Positions 27,936 through 36,557 of a stretch of DNA of 64,000 nt are shown here, piece by piece; position 1 is the stretch's first letter, and the number at the start of each line of letters is the position of its first letter. The notes under the pieces are model-generated. The model was not told where the DNA came from. It saw nothing but the letters and a program-made list of their open reading frames with translations, and did no database searches. This stretch comes from Candidatus Latescibacterota bacterium. Lineage in GTDB: Bacteria; Latescibacterota; UBA2968; UBA8231. The stretch lies in assembly GCA_965248265.1 (NCBI GenBank), contig CBDFJF010000002.1:704001-768000 (forward strand), given 5' to 3'. The translations under genes were made by a program, and so were the position numbers.

Positions 27936-29178
27936 CCTCGTCGGTCACGGGTGCAGCATCCAAGATCGGCAGGGTCACCGTGAAGGTAGCGCCCTTTCCC
28001 TCCTGACTGTGTACGGCAATGGAGGCTCCATGATCCTCCAGAATTCTGAAGACGATGCTGAGGCCCAAGCCGGCACCGGTCTCCTCCTTGGTGGTGTAAA
28101 ACGGATCGAAGATGTGCTCCTTCACTTGATCAGACATCCCCAAACCCGAATCACACACCCGCACTTCTATGCAATCTCCTGACACCGCCGATGTGATGTC
28201 GATTTCTCCACCCTCAGGCATGGCCTCCGCGGCGTTCAGCATCAGATTCGTGAAAACTTCCTTTACATCAGCTGGATTGACGAAGGTTACAGGCAAGGTG
28301 GCCAATTCCGTTTTCCAGGTAATCTCTCCATGTCCCGCTCGCGATTGTTCGGCCAGCGCTCCGGCATCCGCCGCCGCCGCGGTCACCAACTCATTGATAT
28401 TCTCGGCGGTGCGGCTGCGCCCGACGCCCAACCGAGTGGCACGATGAATCCGATTGATGAGCTCTTGTCCTTCTTCCGCCGACGCCAGGATGGCAGACAT
28501 CGCCTGCTCAGGCTCCTTGCCAAAGTTGAGGAACAGATCGGCTCTTCCAATGATGAGTCCCAGGATATGGCGCACGGTATGAGTGACGTCCGCGGCCAGA
28601 TCGCCGAGAGCGCGCAACTGCTCGAGTTGCGCGATTTTGTTTTGTGCCGCTTTGAGCTCCCGGTAGGCCTGAGACAGGTTCGTGTGTAACCGTGCGTTGT
28701 GTAGGGCGGCTGCTGCCTGGAGGGCGAACGAATGCAACAGGGACTCGTCATTGTCGTCGAACGGCCCGACTTCGCCTTCGCGTCCTTCCCGGTCAGCTAC
28801 GAGCAGCAGGCCAGACATGACATCGCGGCACTCGAGTGGGACGATGCAGACGAAGCGGAAGCCGTCGACGCTGCTCTCGCACTGGACCATCTCGCGCGTT
28901 TGCCAAGCCTGCTCGAGTTGAGGAATCGTGGTTGCCGAAGCGGCATCTTGCCCGAGCCCTGCACTGCCCATAACCTCGAACGACGCCCCATCCTGTTCGC
29001 GCATCAGTAGCAGAGCCGAACGAGCATCGACCATCATCACCGCTCGCTGCAACAACTGCTCGGCGACGCGAAGTGGGTCGAGGGATTCGCTCAATGCGAG
29101 GCCGACTTCATACAGCATCTCCATCTGCATGAGCCGCCTGCGGCCCTCGAATCCAGTCGCTTCACTATCCGTGTTCAT
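27901..29178 (-). CDS. GAF-domain sensor histidine kinase (soluble, atypical H-box)
   Basis: GAF domain, H-box DVTHTVRH, N-box NLMLNAAEAM, DSGLGM, FDPFYTTK, GAGLGL. Start set at MNTDSE. Confidence 0.9.
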   Translation of the reverse strand: MNTDSEATGFEGRRRLMQMEMLYEVGLALSESLDPLRVAEQLLQRAVMMVDARSALLLMREQDGASFEVMGSAGLGQDAASATTIPQLEQAWQTREMVQCESSVDGFRFVCIVPLECRDVMSGLLLVADREGREGEVGPFDDNDESLLHSFALQAAAALHNARLHTNLSQAYRELKAAQNKIAQLEQLRALGDLAADVTHTVRHILGLIIGRADLFLNFGKEPEQAMSAILASAEEGQELINRIHRATRLGVGRSRTAENINELVTAAAADAGALAEQSRAGHGEITWKTELATLPVTFVNPADVKEVFTNLMLNAAEAMPEGGEIDITSAVSGDCIEVRVCDSGLGMSDQVKEHIFDPFYTTKEETGAGLGLSIVFRILEDHGASIAVHSQEGKGATFTVTLPILDAAPVTDEGDDAQAHLDRR

Positions 29179-29372
29179 TGCGCTCTCTTCCGCCCCGGTT
29201 AGGTTTGCCCTAAGATATTGCAAAAGCAGACGATTAACCCAAAAAAAGTCGGCAGCGCCGTGGACCAATCTCGGCGCTCGGGCAACAACAGTACGCACTC
29301 GAGCCATCGTGAAGCCGTATATTGTAGCATGATCTAAACGGGGCCCAGGCGAACAGGAACGGAGATATTGCT

Positions 29373-29783
29373 GTGGAAGACAAACGCAACGATGTCGATC
29401 TGATCATTCCCATGATACCGGACATGGAGCTGACGGCCAGTAAGACCGCCGAGGCCGTGGGCGAGTTCATGGAGTTGGATAAGGACAAGATTGACGAAAT
29501 CAAGCTAGCCCTTATCGAAGCTTGCATCAACGCGATAGAGCACAGCAAGAGCGAAGATCGACGAGTCAGCATCAATTTCGAGATCGGTGAAGAAGAGTTG
29601 ACCCTTTACATATCTGACCGCGGAAAGGGCTTCGATCTCGTCAAGGTCCATGAGGAGCTCGGTCGAGGAGCTCGCGCAGATCGTCGTGGGTGGGGGCTCA
29701 AGATCATGGAAGAATTGATGGACCGGGTTGAGGTCAACTCCGACGAGAGCGGCACCATGATTACGATGATCAAGCGCCGCTGA
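29373..29783 (+). CDS. Anti-sigma factor / serine kinase, RsbW/SpoIIAB-like (HATPase_c_2)
   Basis: IKLALIEACINAIEHS, ISDRGKGFD, RGWGLKIMEELMDRVE. Confidence 0.92.
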   Translation: MEDKRNDVDLIIPMIPDMELTASKTAEAVGEFMELDKDKIDEIKLALIEACINAIEHSKSEDRRVSINFEIGEEELTLYISDRGKGFDLVKVHEELGRGARADRRGWGLKIMEELMDRVEVNSDESGTMITMIKRR

Positions 29784-29794
29784 AAAGGGAAGGA

Positions 29795-31780
29795 ATGGCA
29801 GCTGACGGTCACTCTGAGCGCCTGACGCAGGAGCTTCAAGACGCGAACTTTCAGCTCAACCGAAAGCTGGCGCAGATGGAGACCCTGCACGAAGCGGGTT
29901 TGAATCTCAGTGCGTCGTTGCAGGTCCAGGAAGTAATCGAGGAGTTTCTGCGCAATGCTGTCGCCGTCGTAGACGCGGGCAGCGGTTTTCTATTCCTCAA
30001 GAACGAAAAGACGAGACACTTCGGCGTGGCTGCGCATGCGAACATGAGCGAGACACAACAAGAGATGCTCAAGGATCCCGCATTCCGAAAGCATATGCAG
30101 CGTGTGCTGAAGGGTCGCTCGTTTATGATGCTCGGCGAAGGAGATTTCCCCACGGGGTTCTCAGGGCGTCACGTACTGGTGGTTCCAGCCCCTCCTGTGG
30201 GTTTCATAGGCGTGATTGACAAAGAAAGTCGCGAGGGGGTGCAGCCCTTCGAGGATGAGGACGGCCAGCTGCTGGGATTGATGGGGCAGCATGCCGGGAT
30301 GGCTCTCGCCAACGCGCGCCTCTACCGGCAGATGGTCGAAGAGAAGAACCTGGCCTTGAATATCTTCGACAGCGTCGCAGACGGTGTGATCTCGGTGGAT
30401 TTGCAGGGGACGATCATTCGCGTTAACCACGCTGTGAAACGGATGTTCAGCGATGAGAAGGTGTTCTTCGGCAAATCCTGTATCAATCTTTTCAAGCGCC
30501 TGGGGTGCATGAATATCGCTCAGGCCGTCCTGTTTTCGCTCGAAGACGGACACCCCCGTGCTGTGACGAATGACGAGCCCCGGGTCGAAGGTCGGGGTCC
30601 GGACGTCAACCTGAATGCGAAGATCACCCCCCTACGTGGCCAACAGGGCGAAATGGAGGGACTCGTCCTGGCGTTGGAGGATCTCACAGAAGAAACCCGC
30701 GTGCGCGACATGTTCAAGCAGTTCGCCAGCGACCAGGTGGTCGAGTTGCTCTTGAAAGATGGCTCGGCACCGGCCCTGGGTGGACAGACGCTCCAGGCGA
30801 CGATGTTGTTCATGGATATTGCGGGCTACACCGAGCTGCTGGGCAACATTGGCAGCGAAGAGATGGTGCGCCTGATGAACGACTGTTACACCCGCATGGT
30901 GGACATTGTCTTCAAGCACAACGGCACGCTCGACAAATACACGGGAGACGGATTCTTCGTCGTTTTCGGAGCGCCGCTCAGCCTGGACAACGACAGCCAC
31001 AGGGCTGTTCAATGTGCCTTGGAGATTGTGCAGGAACTGGATCGATTCAACACTGCGCACAAGCTCTCCTTTGGCGTCCGCCTGGGCATCAGTCGAGGCA
31101 CCGTGGTGGCCGGCAACATCGGTTCACCACGTAGAATGGAATACAGCGTAATCGGGCCAGACGTCAATCTGGCCCAGCGGTTGTGTGACCAGGCTCTGTC
31201 CGGAGAGATTCTGATCGGAGAAAGCGTTTTCGCGGAAGTTGCTGAGCAGTTCGAGCTCGCTACCATCGGCAGGCTGCGTTTCAAGGGGATTCGCGAACCG
31301 CTGGACGTGTATCAGGTCGTGGGTCCCACCGGCGTCCGCCTCTTGCCGGAGCGGGCAGGCCGGGCGCGAAAGGATGGGGCGACTGTCGATCTGAACATCC
31401 CGATGGAGTCATCCATGGAGCTCACGGCAAGCAACACGGCCGCGTCCGTGGCTGGACTCATGGGGCTCGATCCCATCAAGACCGACGAAGTCAAGCTTGC
31501 CGTGATCGAAGCCTGCATCAACGCCTTCGAACACAGTCAAAGCAAGGACCAGCGTCTCAACGTGGGTTTTTCGATCGGCGAGAAAGAGTTCACCGTGGTG
31601 ATGACCGACCGCGGGCATGGCTTCGATGTGTCGGAGGCCGCCTCCAAAGTCAAGAAGCGAAGAGCTCGTGGCGACCAGCGCCGTGGCTGGGGCCTGGAGC
31701 TCATCGACACCTACATGGACGAGGTTGAGATTGAATCCGGTCAGGACGGCACGATCCTGACGCTGGTCAAATATCGGTAA
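29795..31780 (+). CDS. GAF-PAS-class III adenylate cyclase fused to C-terminal RsbW-like kinase domain
   Basis: GAF (~aa30-180), PAS (IFDSVADGVISVD...VN), cyclase LFMDIAGYT/LDKYTGDG/GNIGS..RMEYSVIG.DVNLAQRL, then EACINAFEHS...DRGHGFD...RGWGL.LI..YMDEVE (~aa528-661). Confidence 0.9.
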   Translation: MAADGHSERLTQELQDANFQLNRKLAQMETLHEAGLNLSASLQVQEVIEEFLRNAVAVVDAGSGFLFLKNEKTRHFGVAAHANMSETQQEMLKDPAFRKHMQRVLKGRSFMMLGEGDFPTGFSGRHVLVVPAPPVGFIGVIDKESREGVQPFEDEDGQLLGLMGQHAGMALANARLYRQMVEEKNLALNIFDSVADGVISVDLQGTIIRVNHAVKRMFSDEKVFFGKSCINLFKRLGCMNIAQAVLFSLEDGHPRAVTNDEPRVEGRGPDVNLNAKITPLRGQQGEMEGLVLALEDLTEETRVRDMFKQFASDQVVELLLKDGSAPALGGQTLQATMLFMDIAGYTELLGNIGSEEMVRLMNDCYTRMVDIVFKHNGTLDKYTGDGFFVVFGAPLSLDNDSHRAVQCALEIVQELDRFNTAHKLSFGVRLGISRGTVVAGNIGSPRRMEYSVIGPDVNLAQRLCDQALSGEILIGESVFAEVAEQFELATIGRLRFKGIREPLDVYQVVGPTGVRLLPERAGRARKDGATVDLNIPMESSMELTASNTAASVAGLMGLDPIKTDEVKLAVIEACINAFEHSQSKDQRLNVGFSIGEKEFTVVMTDRGHGFDVSEAASKVKKRRARGDQRRGWGLELIDTYMDEVEIESGQDGTILTLVKYR

Positions 31781-31819
31781 TTGAAATCAAAAACGCCTTT
31801 GCGAACGGAGATCGAAGCG

Positions 31820-32170
31820 ATGGCAGATGATGCACAAACACGAGTACGAAGAGTGGATTCAGCCGCTGTGGTAGAGGCCCCCGAATACATAAACAACATC
31901 GGCGGAGAGAGTCTGGCGGAGGCCTGCAAGGGCCTGATGGATGGCAATGTTTTGGGGATCGTCCTGAACCTGGAAAGCTGTAACATAGCCAACAGTGTGG
32001 GGATCTCTTTCTTGATTGAGATTCTGGAGAGCTTGAGAGAAAAGGATGGCAAGCTGGCTTTCTGTTGCGTGACGCCGACGATCGCGAAGACATTCCAAAT
32101 CATGGGGTTACTGCAGACCGCCACCGTACACGAGTCCGAGCAAGAAGCGCTGCAGGCGGTAAGTGGTTAA
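31820..32170 (+). CDS. STAS-domain anti-sigma factor antagonist (RsbV/SpoIIAA-like)
   Basis: IVLNLESCNIANSVGISFL (phosphoacceptor Ser position), I.KTF.IMGL...HESEQEAL. GGAG RBS before ATG 31820. Confidence 0.9.
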   Translation: MADDAQTRVRRVDSAAVVEAPEYINNIGGESLAEACKGLMDGNVLGIVLNLESCNIANSVGISFLIEILESLREKDGKLAFCCVTPTIAKTFQIMGLLQTATVHESEQEALQAVSG

Positions 32171-32184
32171 CACCCGAGCTCAAT

Positions 32185-32571
32185 ATGCAATTCTTCAAAG
32201 ACCTGTTCGGGGGTAAGAAACGTCAAAGTCCGCGTATCGCCATCGACTGGTGGGTAGACGCCCAGCTGCCAGCCACGGACCGCTTTATCGGTTTTCACGC
32301 CAACGACATCAGCTCTTTTGGGCTGCGCCTCTCGGGGGAATCGGACGAGGCGTTCAAGCGTGTCCTGACGGACGAAGGGCGCGCCAGAATGTTGTTGAGA
32401 GTGCCCGGTGAGGCCGGGACCCACTCGGTTGAGGCTCAGCTGGTATGGGGACTGGGTGGAAGAGATCGCTTCCAGACCGGGTGGACGTTCGAGGAGATCG
32501 AGGACACCGCCACGGCTGCTATCTGCCGCTACATCGACGCTCACCACAGCGACGAGCTGGCCGAGAGATAG
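32185..32571 (+). CDS. PilZ-domain protein
   Basis: RQSPR (RxxxR) and DISSFG (D/NxSxxG) c-di-GMP-binding motifs, followed by A.LVW...G..F. Confidence 0.75.
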   Translation: MQFFKDLFGGKKRQSPRIAIDWWVDAQLPATDRFIGFHANDISSFGLRLSGESDEAFKRVLTDEGRARMLLRVPGEAGTHSVEAQLVWGLGGRDRFQTGWTFEEIEDTATAAICRYIDAHHSDELAER

Positions 32572-32593
32572 AGCTCACCGACAGCGGCGATAA

Positions 32594-33694
32594 TCAAAAC
32601 AATTCAGCGGCGCGCAGCGCTTCCACGCCCGATTCGCGATCCTCCAGAGGTAGCCGTACGGGTTGATTGTCGTCCAATTGTGATTGGTAGACGGCCATCA
32701 CCAGTTCCAGCGATCGTCTACCGACGACACCATCGCTGCGCAACCCTCCATTCCCTTCCAGCGCGGCCACCAGCTCTTCGAGGGCTACAACATAGGTGGA
32801 GACCGGTTGTGGAGAATCGACCTCGCGTTCTTTTAGGGAGTTCCACTGAAAACCGGAATCCGGCTCGTAATCACCGGCTACGGACTCATACAAGCGTAGC
32901 TTCTCCCAGGCCATGGAAATGACGCCGCGGCTGCCGCGCAGCTGGAAGTCGGTGTCGGTGTAGTCACTGAGCTCAGCCGAGTGGATCAGACCAGTGGCAC
33001 CGCTCCTGTACTTCATGAAGGCGGCGGCGAAATCCTCGACCGCCCACGGACGCTGACGCTGTTCGGCCATCCCACAAAGCCACTCCACTTCCCCTGCGAA
33101 CGAGTCCATCATGTCGAAATAATGGGTGAAGTCGTGCAGCAAGGGACCTTCGTTGTCGCTGCGCCAGGATGGGTCGGGTTTGCCACCGTCCAAATAGCAC
33201 GTGAGCTGGAACAGGTCACCGATAACGCCTTCGCGGATCAGCTCCTGCGCGTGGCACCACTGCGCGTGCCAGCGCCGGTTGTGGTTTATCTGCAACAGCA
33301 CAGAGCTGCGGTCACAGGCCTCGATCATGCGATCGCAATCGGCCAGTGACAGGGCCATCGGTTTTTCGCAGATGATGGCGCGGGTAGCGGGGGCCGCCGC
33401 GCAATCTTCGACCATCTGCGCGTGCAGTTCGGGGTGGGTGGCGATGATGCACAGATCCGGTTTGACCTGCTCCAGCATCTGGCGATGATCGTGGAACAGG
33501 GACTCCACCCCGAAGCGTGTGCCGAAATCCTCCAGTTTTTTGCGGCCGCGGTTGACGCCGGCCACGAGTTCACAGGATTTCACCGCAACGACGGCCTCGG
33601 CATGATTGTCCGGCAGGTCGCCGAAGCTGAACTGATAACCGACCCGGCCGGTGCCGATCAATGCCACGCGATATGTCGCCAACCGGCTACCCAC
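32594..33694 (-). CDS. Gfo/Idh/MocA family oxidoreductase
   Basis: VALIGTGRVG, CEKPMA, NHNRR, HDFTHYFD. Confidence 0.93.
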   Translation of the reverse strand: MGSRLATYRVALIGTGRVGYQFSFGDLPDNHAEAVVAVKSCELVAGVNRGRKKLEDFGTRFGVESLFHDHRQMLEQVKPDLCIIATHPELHAQMVEDCAAAPATRAIICEKPMALSLADCDRMIEACDRSSVLLQINHNRRWHAQWCHAQELIREGVIGDLFQLTCYLDGGKPDPSWRSDNEGPLLHDFTHYFDMMDSFAGEVEWLCGMAEQRQRPWAVEDFAAAFMKYRSGATGLIHSAELSDYTDTDFQLRGSRGVISMAWEKLRLYESVAGDYEPDSGFQWNSLKEREVDSPQPVSTYVVALEELVAALEGNGGLRSDGVVGRRSLELVMAVYQSQLDDNQPVRLPLEDRESGVEALRAAELF

Positions 33695-34046
33695 CCGTAC
33701 CGTCGACGACGGTGTGTAAATTGGCTGTCGTGAAGGGCTTTTCGATTACGGCACGTACTCCCGGAAGCCGTTCTTCATCCGGTGTCATACCAGTGACGAC
33801 GACGACGACGTCGGGATCGGTGATCTGCATCGCGGCAAGGATTTCGTAGCCGGACATGTCCGGCATGCCCAGATCCAGCAGGACCAGGTCGATGCTCTCA
33901 GCCCGGGCCTGGAAAAGGTCCAGGGCTTCGGTCCCGTTGGTGGCGCACAGCACTGTGTGCGGGGGCGAGAGCATCCTTTCGAGAAGCTTCAGAATCGACT
34001 CGTCATCATCGACGACGAGGATCGTTTTCGGTTGGTCCGTCATCAC
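33687..34046 (-). CDS. Single-domain response regulator (receiver)
   Basis: ILVVDDD, LLDLGMPDMSG, TG, KPF. Confidence 0.92.
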   Translation of the reverse strand: MMTDQPKTILVVDDDESILKLLERMLSPPHTVLCATNGTEALDLFQARAESIDLVLLDLGMPDMSGYEILAAMQITDPDVVVVVTGMTPDEERLPGVRAVIEKPFTTANLHTVVDGTGG

Positions 34047-34117
34047 TTACCTATCCCGAGTGTGACGCTCCGTCGGCGCTGGCCGGGAAGCACCCATCAG
34101 GTGTGTCTTCGGTGGCG

Positions 34118-35161
34118 CTACCATGGCAGCTTGATTCCGAAGCGATCGGCCGCGACAAGGAGCTTGTTCACGGTTCCCTCCGGAAGTGGTATGCCATCGC
34201 GGGTGCGTCGTTCACACACCGCGTTTTCCCGCTCTCCCGGAACCTGGATTGGATCGCTACCCTCGTGTACCGGAGTCGCATGCATGGTATCGATCAATTC
34301 GTCGATACGTTGGCGGTAGTCGTCCTGGTCGGTGAAGGTGTCTACGTCAATGGCGCACACGAAACTGTTCTGGACCCCCTGGAGGGGTTTCGGCTGCAGC
34401 TCCCGAATCCACGGAACCAGGATCGGATTGCCCACCAGCACGCCGGTGAGGCACTCGAACAACAGCGCCATGCCATACCCCTTATAGCCTCCCGCGGGAC
34501 GCAGAAATTTCGCCTCGAAAGGGTCCGTCGTCTGCTCGCCGCTCTCGTCGAAAGCCCAATCGTCTGGCAACTCCATTCGCTGGTCGCGGGCGTACTCGAG
34601 CTTGCCGCCGGCGACGATGCTGGTCGCCATGTCGAGGCTGATCGGTGGATGGCTCTTGGCCGGGACGGCGATCGACAGCGGGCTGTTGTGGGTCGCTGGC
34701 GATCGAGCTCCCGGTGGGATCATGTTCGGCGGGTTCGTGCACACCGTCATGCCGGCCATCCCCTTTGCCGTGGCCATATGGGTGTAGTAGGCCATGGCTC
34801 CCTGGTGGCCGTGATTGCGCAACGATGCCCAACCGATGCCGACTTCCCGGGCTTTGTCTATCGCTTTTTCCATCGCCATCGTCGTGGCGATGGGGCCGAA
34901 ACACTGGTCGCATTCGATCAACAGCGTCGCTGGTGTCTCCTTGAGGACTCGGATCTCGGGCAGGACTTTATAGGATCCGGTGTCCACCTTGTCCAAATAG
35001 TTATCGACGCGCAGCACGCCATGCGAATCGATGCCGCGCAGGTTCGCCCACACCAGGACCTCAGCCTCCAGCGCGGCATCATCGTCGGGCATGCCGGCGC
35101 GGGCGAATACCGACGACGTGAATTCCTGCAGATCACTCCACTGGACTACTACATCGCTCAC
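34118..35161 (-). CDS. Ldh_2 family oxidoreductase (malate/L-sulfolactate/ureidoglycolate dehydrogenase-like)
   Basis: LRGIDSHG, LDMATS, GGYKGYG, PGE. Confidence 0.92.
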   Translation of the reverse strand: MSDVVVQWSDLQEFTSSVFARAGMPDDDAALEAEVLVWANLRGIDSHGVLRVDNYLDKVDTGSYKVLPEIRVLKETPATLLIECDQCFGPIATTMAMEKAIDKAREVGIGWASLRNHGHQGAMAYYTHMATAKGMAGMTVCTNPPNMIPPGARSPATHNSPLSIAVPAKSHPPISLDMATSIVAGGKLEYARDQRMELPDDWAFDESGEQTTDPFEAKFLRPAGGYKGYGMALLFECLTGVLVGNPILVPWIRELQPKPLQGVQNSFVCAIDVDTFTDQDDYRQRIDELIDTMHATPVHEGSDPIQVPGERENAVCERRTRDGIPLPEGTVNKLLVAADRFGIKLPW

Positions 35162-35273
35162 TATTCTGCTCCCGACTGGGAAATGAAATATGGATTGGTT
35201 CGTGATTGGACAGGGTCGGACAGTACTACATGAGCTCGTTCAACTCAAACCGAGAGGGACGCGCGTGCGCGGC

Positions 35274-36521
35274 TCACTCGTAACGCAGGGCGTCGATGGG
35301 GTTGAGCAGGGCCGCCTTGCGTGCCGGGTAGAAGCCGAAGCCCACGCCGACAGCGGCGGCGACACCGAACGACAGGATGATGGTCCAGGGTTGGACGATC
35401 GTCTTCCAGTGCGCGTAGAGCGTGATGACCTTGGTCATCGAGAAGCCCAGCATGATTCCGATCACGCCACCAATCAGGCTGACCATGACGGCCTCGGTCA
35501 GGAACTGGGCGAGCACGTCAGCGCGTCGCGCCCCGAGAGCTCGGCGAATGCCGATTTCTCTGGTACGCTCGAGGACGGAGGCCAGCATGATATTCATGAT
35601 GCCGATGCCGCCGACGACGAGAGAGATGCCGGCGATGCATCCCATGACGATGTTGAAGATCCGTTGGGTGCGCTGGCTCTGACGCAGGAGCTCCTCGGGA
35701 ATGGCGATCTTGAAGTCCTCGACGCCGCGGTGACGCCGCTTGACCATGGCCCGCAGGATGTTGGCGGCCTCCTGCAGGCGGCCGGCATCCGAGACCTTGA
35801 CCGTAATCTGAGTAAGTTCGGCGTCGCCGACCTCCCACTTGAAACGCTTCAGCAGTGTCGTCAACGGCACGTAGATGTCCTCGTCTGTATTGCGGACCTC
35901 GAGGACTCCACCAATCTTGCCCCCGGCGGCACCCTTGTCTTCGAGGATGCCGACGACGGTGAACCACTGGCTCTGCAGCTTGATCTGCTCACCCAGAGCA
36001 TTCTCGACATAGAACAACTTCCTTTTGGCATCGCTGCCTAGGACGCAGACTCGTCTGGCGTTGATGATGTCATCATCCGTGATGAATACCCCCTCGCCGA
36101 GTTCGGCGTTGAGGACGTCGAGGTAATTGGGGCTGGTGCCGACGAGCATCGTCTGAAGACGGGTGCTGCCGAAACGGGCCTTGGTCTTGAGTTCCCGCTG
36201 CGGTGACACGATCTCAGCCAGCGGGCAGATTTCGGCGATGGCATCGGCGTCTGATTGCGTCAGGCCCTCGGACCGGTTCTCGTCCTCACTGTCTTCGTCG
36301 CCGGCGTCGTCCTCATTGGGATTCCAGTGTTGGACGATGATGTTGTGGATGCCCATCTGGCGAATCTGCTCGAGTGCTTCCTGCTTGGCACCCTCGCCGA
36401 TGGAGAGCATGGCTATGACGGCAGCAACACCAAAGATGATGCCGAGCATGGTCAGGCAGGTGCGCAGCTTGTGTGACGTGAGGCCGGTAATGCTGAGGTC
36501 GAGTGTTTCGCGAAGATGCAC
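35274..36521 (-). CDS. MacB/FtsX-like ABC transporter permease
   Basis: LRTCLTMLGIIFGVAAVI, VGGIGIMNIML.SV.ERTREIGIRRALGA, GFYPARKAA.LNPIDALRYE. Confidence 0.95.
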   Translation of the reverse strand: MHLRETLDLSITGLTSHKLRTCLTMLGIIFGVAAVIAMLSIGEGAKQEALEQIRQMGIHNIIVQHWNPNEDDAGDEDSEDENRSEGLTQSDADAIAEICPLAEIVSPQRELKTKARFGSTRLQTMLVGTSPNYLDVLNAELGEGVFITDDDIINARRVCVLGSDAKRKLFYVENALGEQIKLQSQWFTVVGILEDKGAAGGKIGGVLEVRNTDEDIYVPLTTLLKRFKWEVGDAELTQITVKVSDAGRLQEAANILRAMVKRRHRGVEDFKIAIPEELLRQSQRTQRIFNIVMGCIAGISLVVGGIGIMNIMLASVLERTREIGIRRALGARRADVLAQFLTEAVMVSLIGGVIGIMLGFSMTKVITLYAHWKTIVQPWTIILSFGVAAAVGVGFGFYPARKAALLNPIDALRYE

Positions 36522-36557
36522 GAGGAAAGTATTAGCCGGTATGTGTCAGAGCGCTGA

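Noticed and set aside
29310-29340. dif-like site
   Set aside because: Only superficial AT-rich similarity; the XerD arm TTATGTTAAAT is not matched. More likely part of the divergent promoter.
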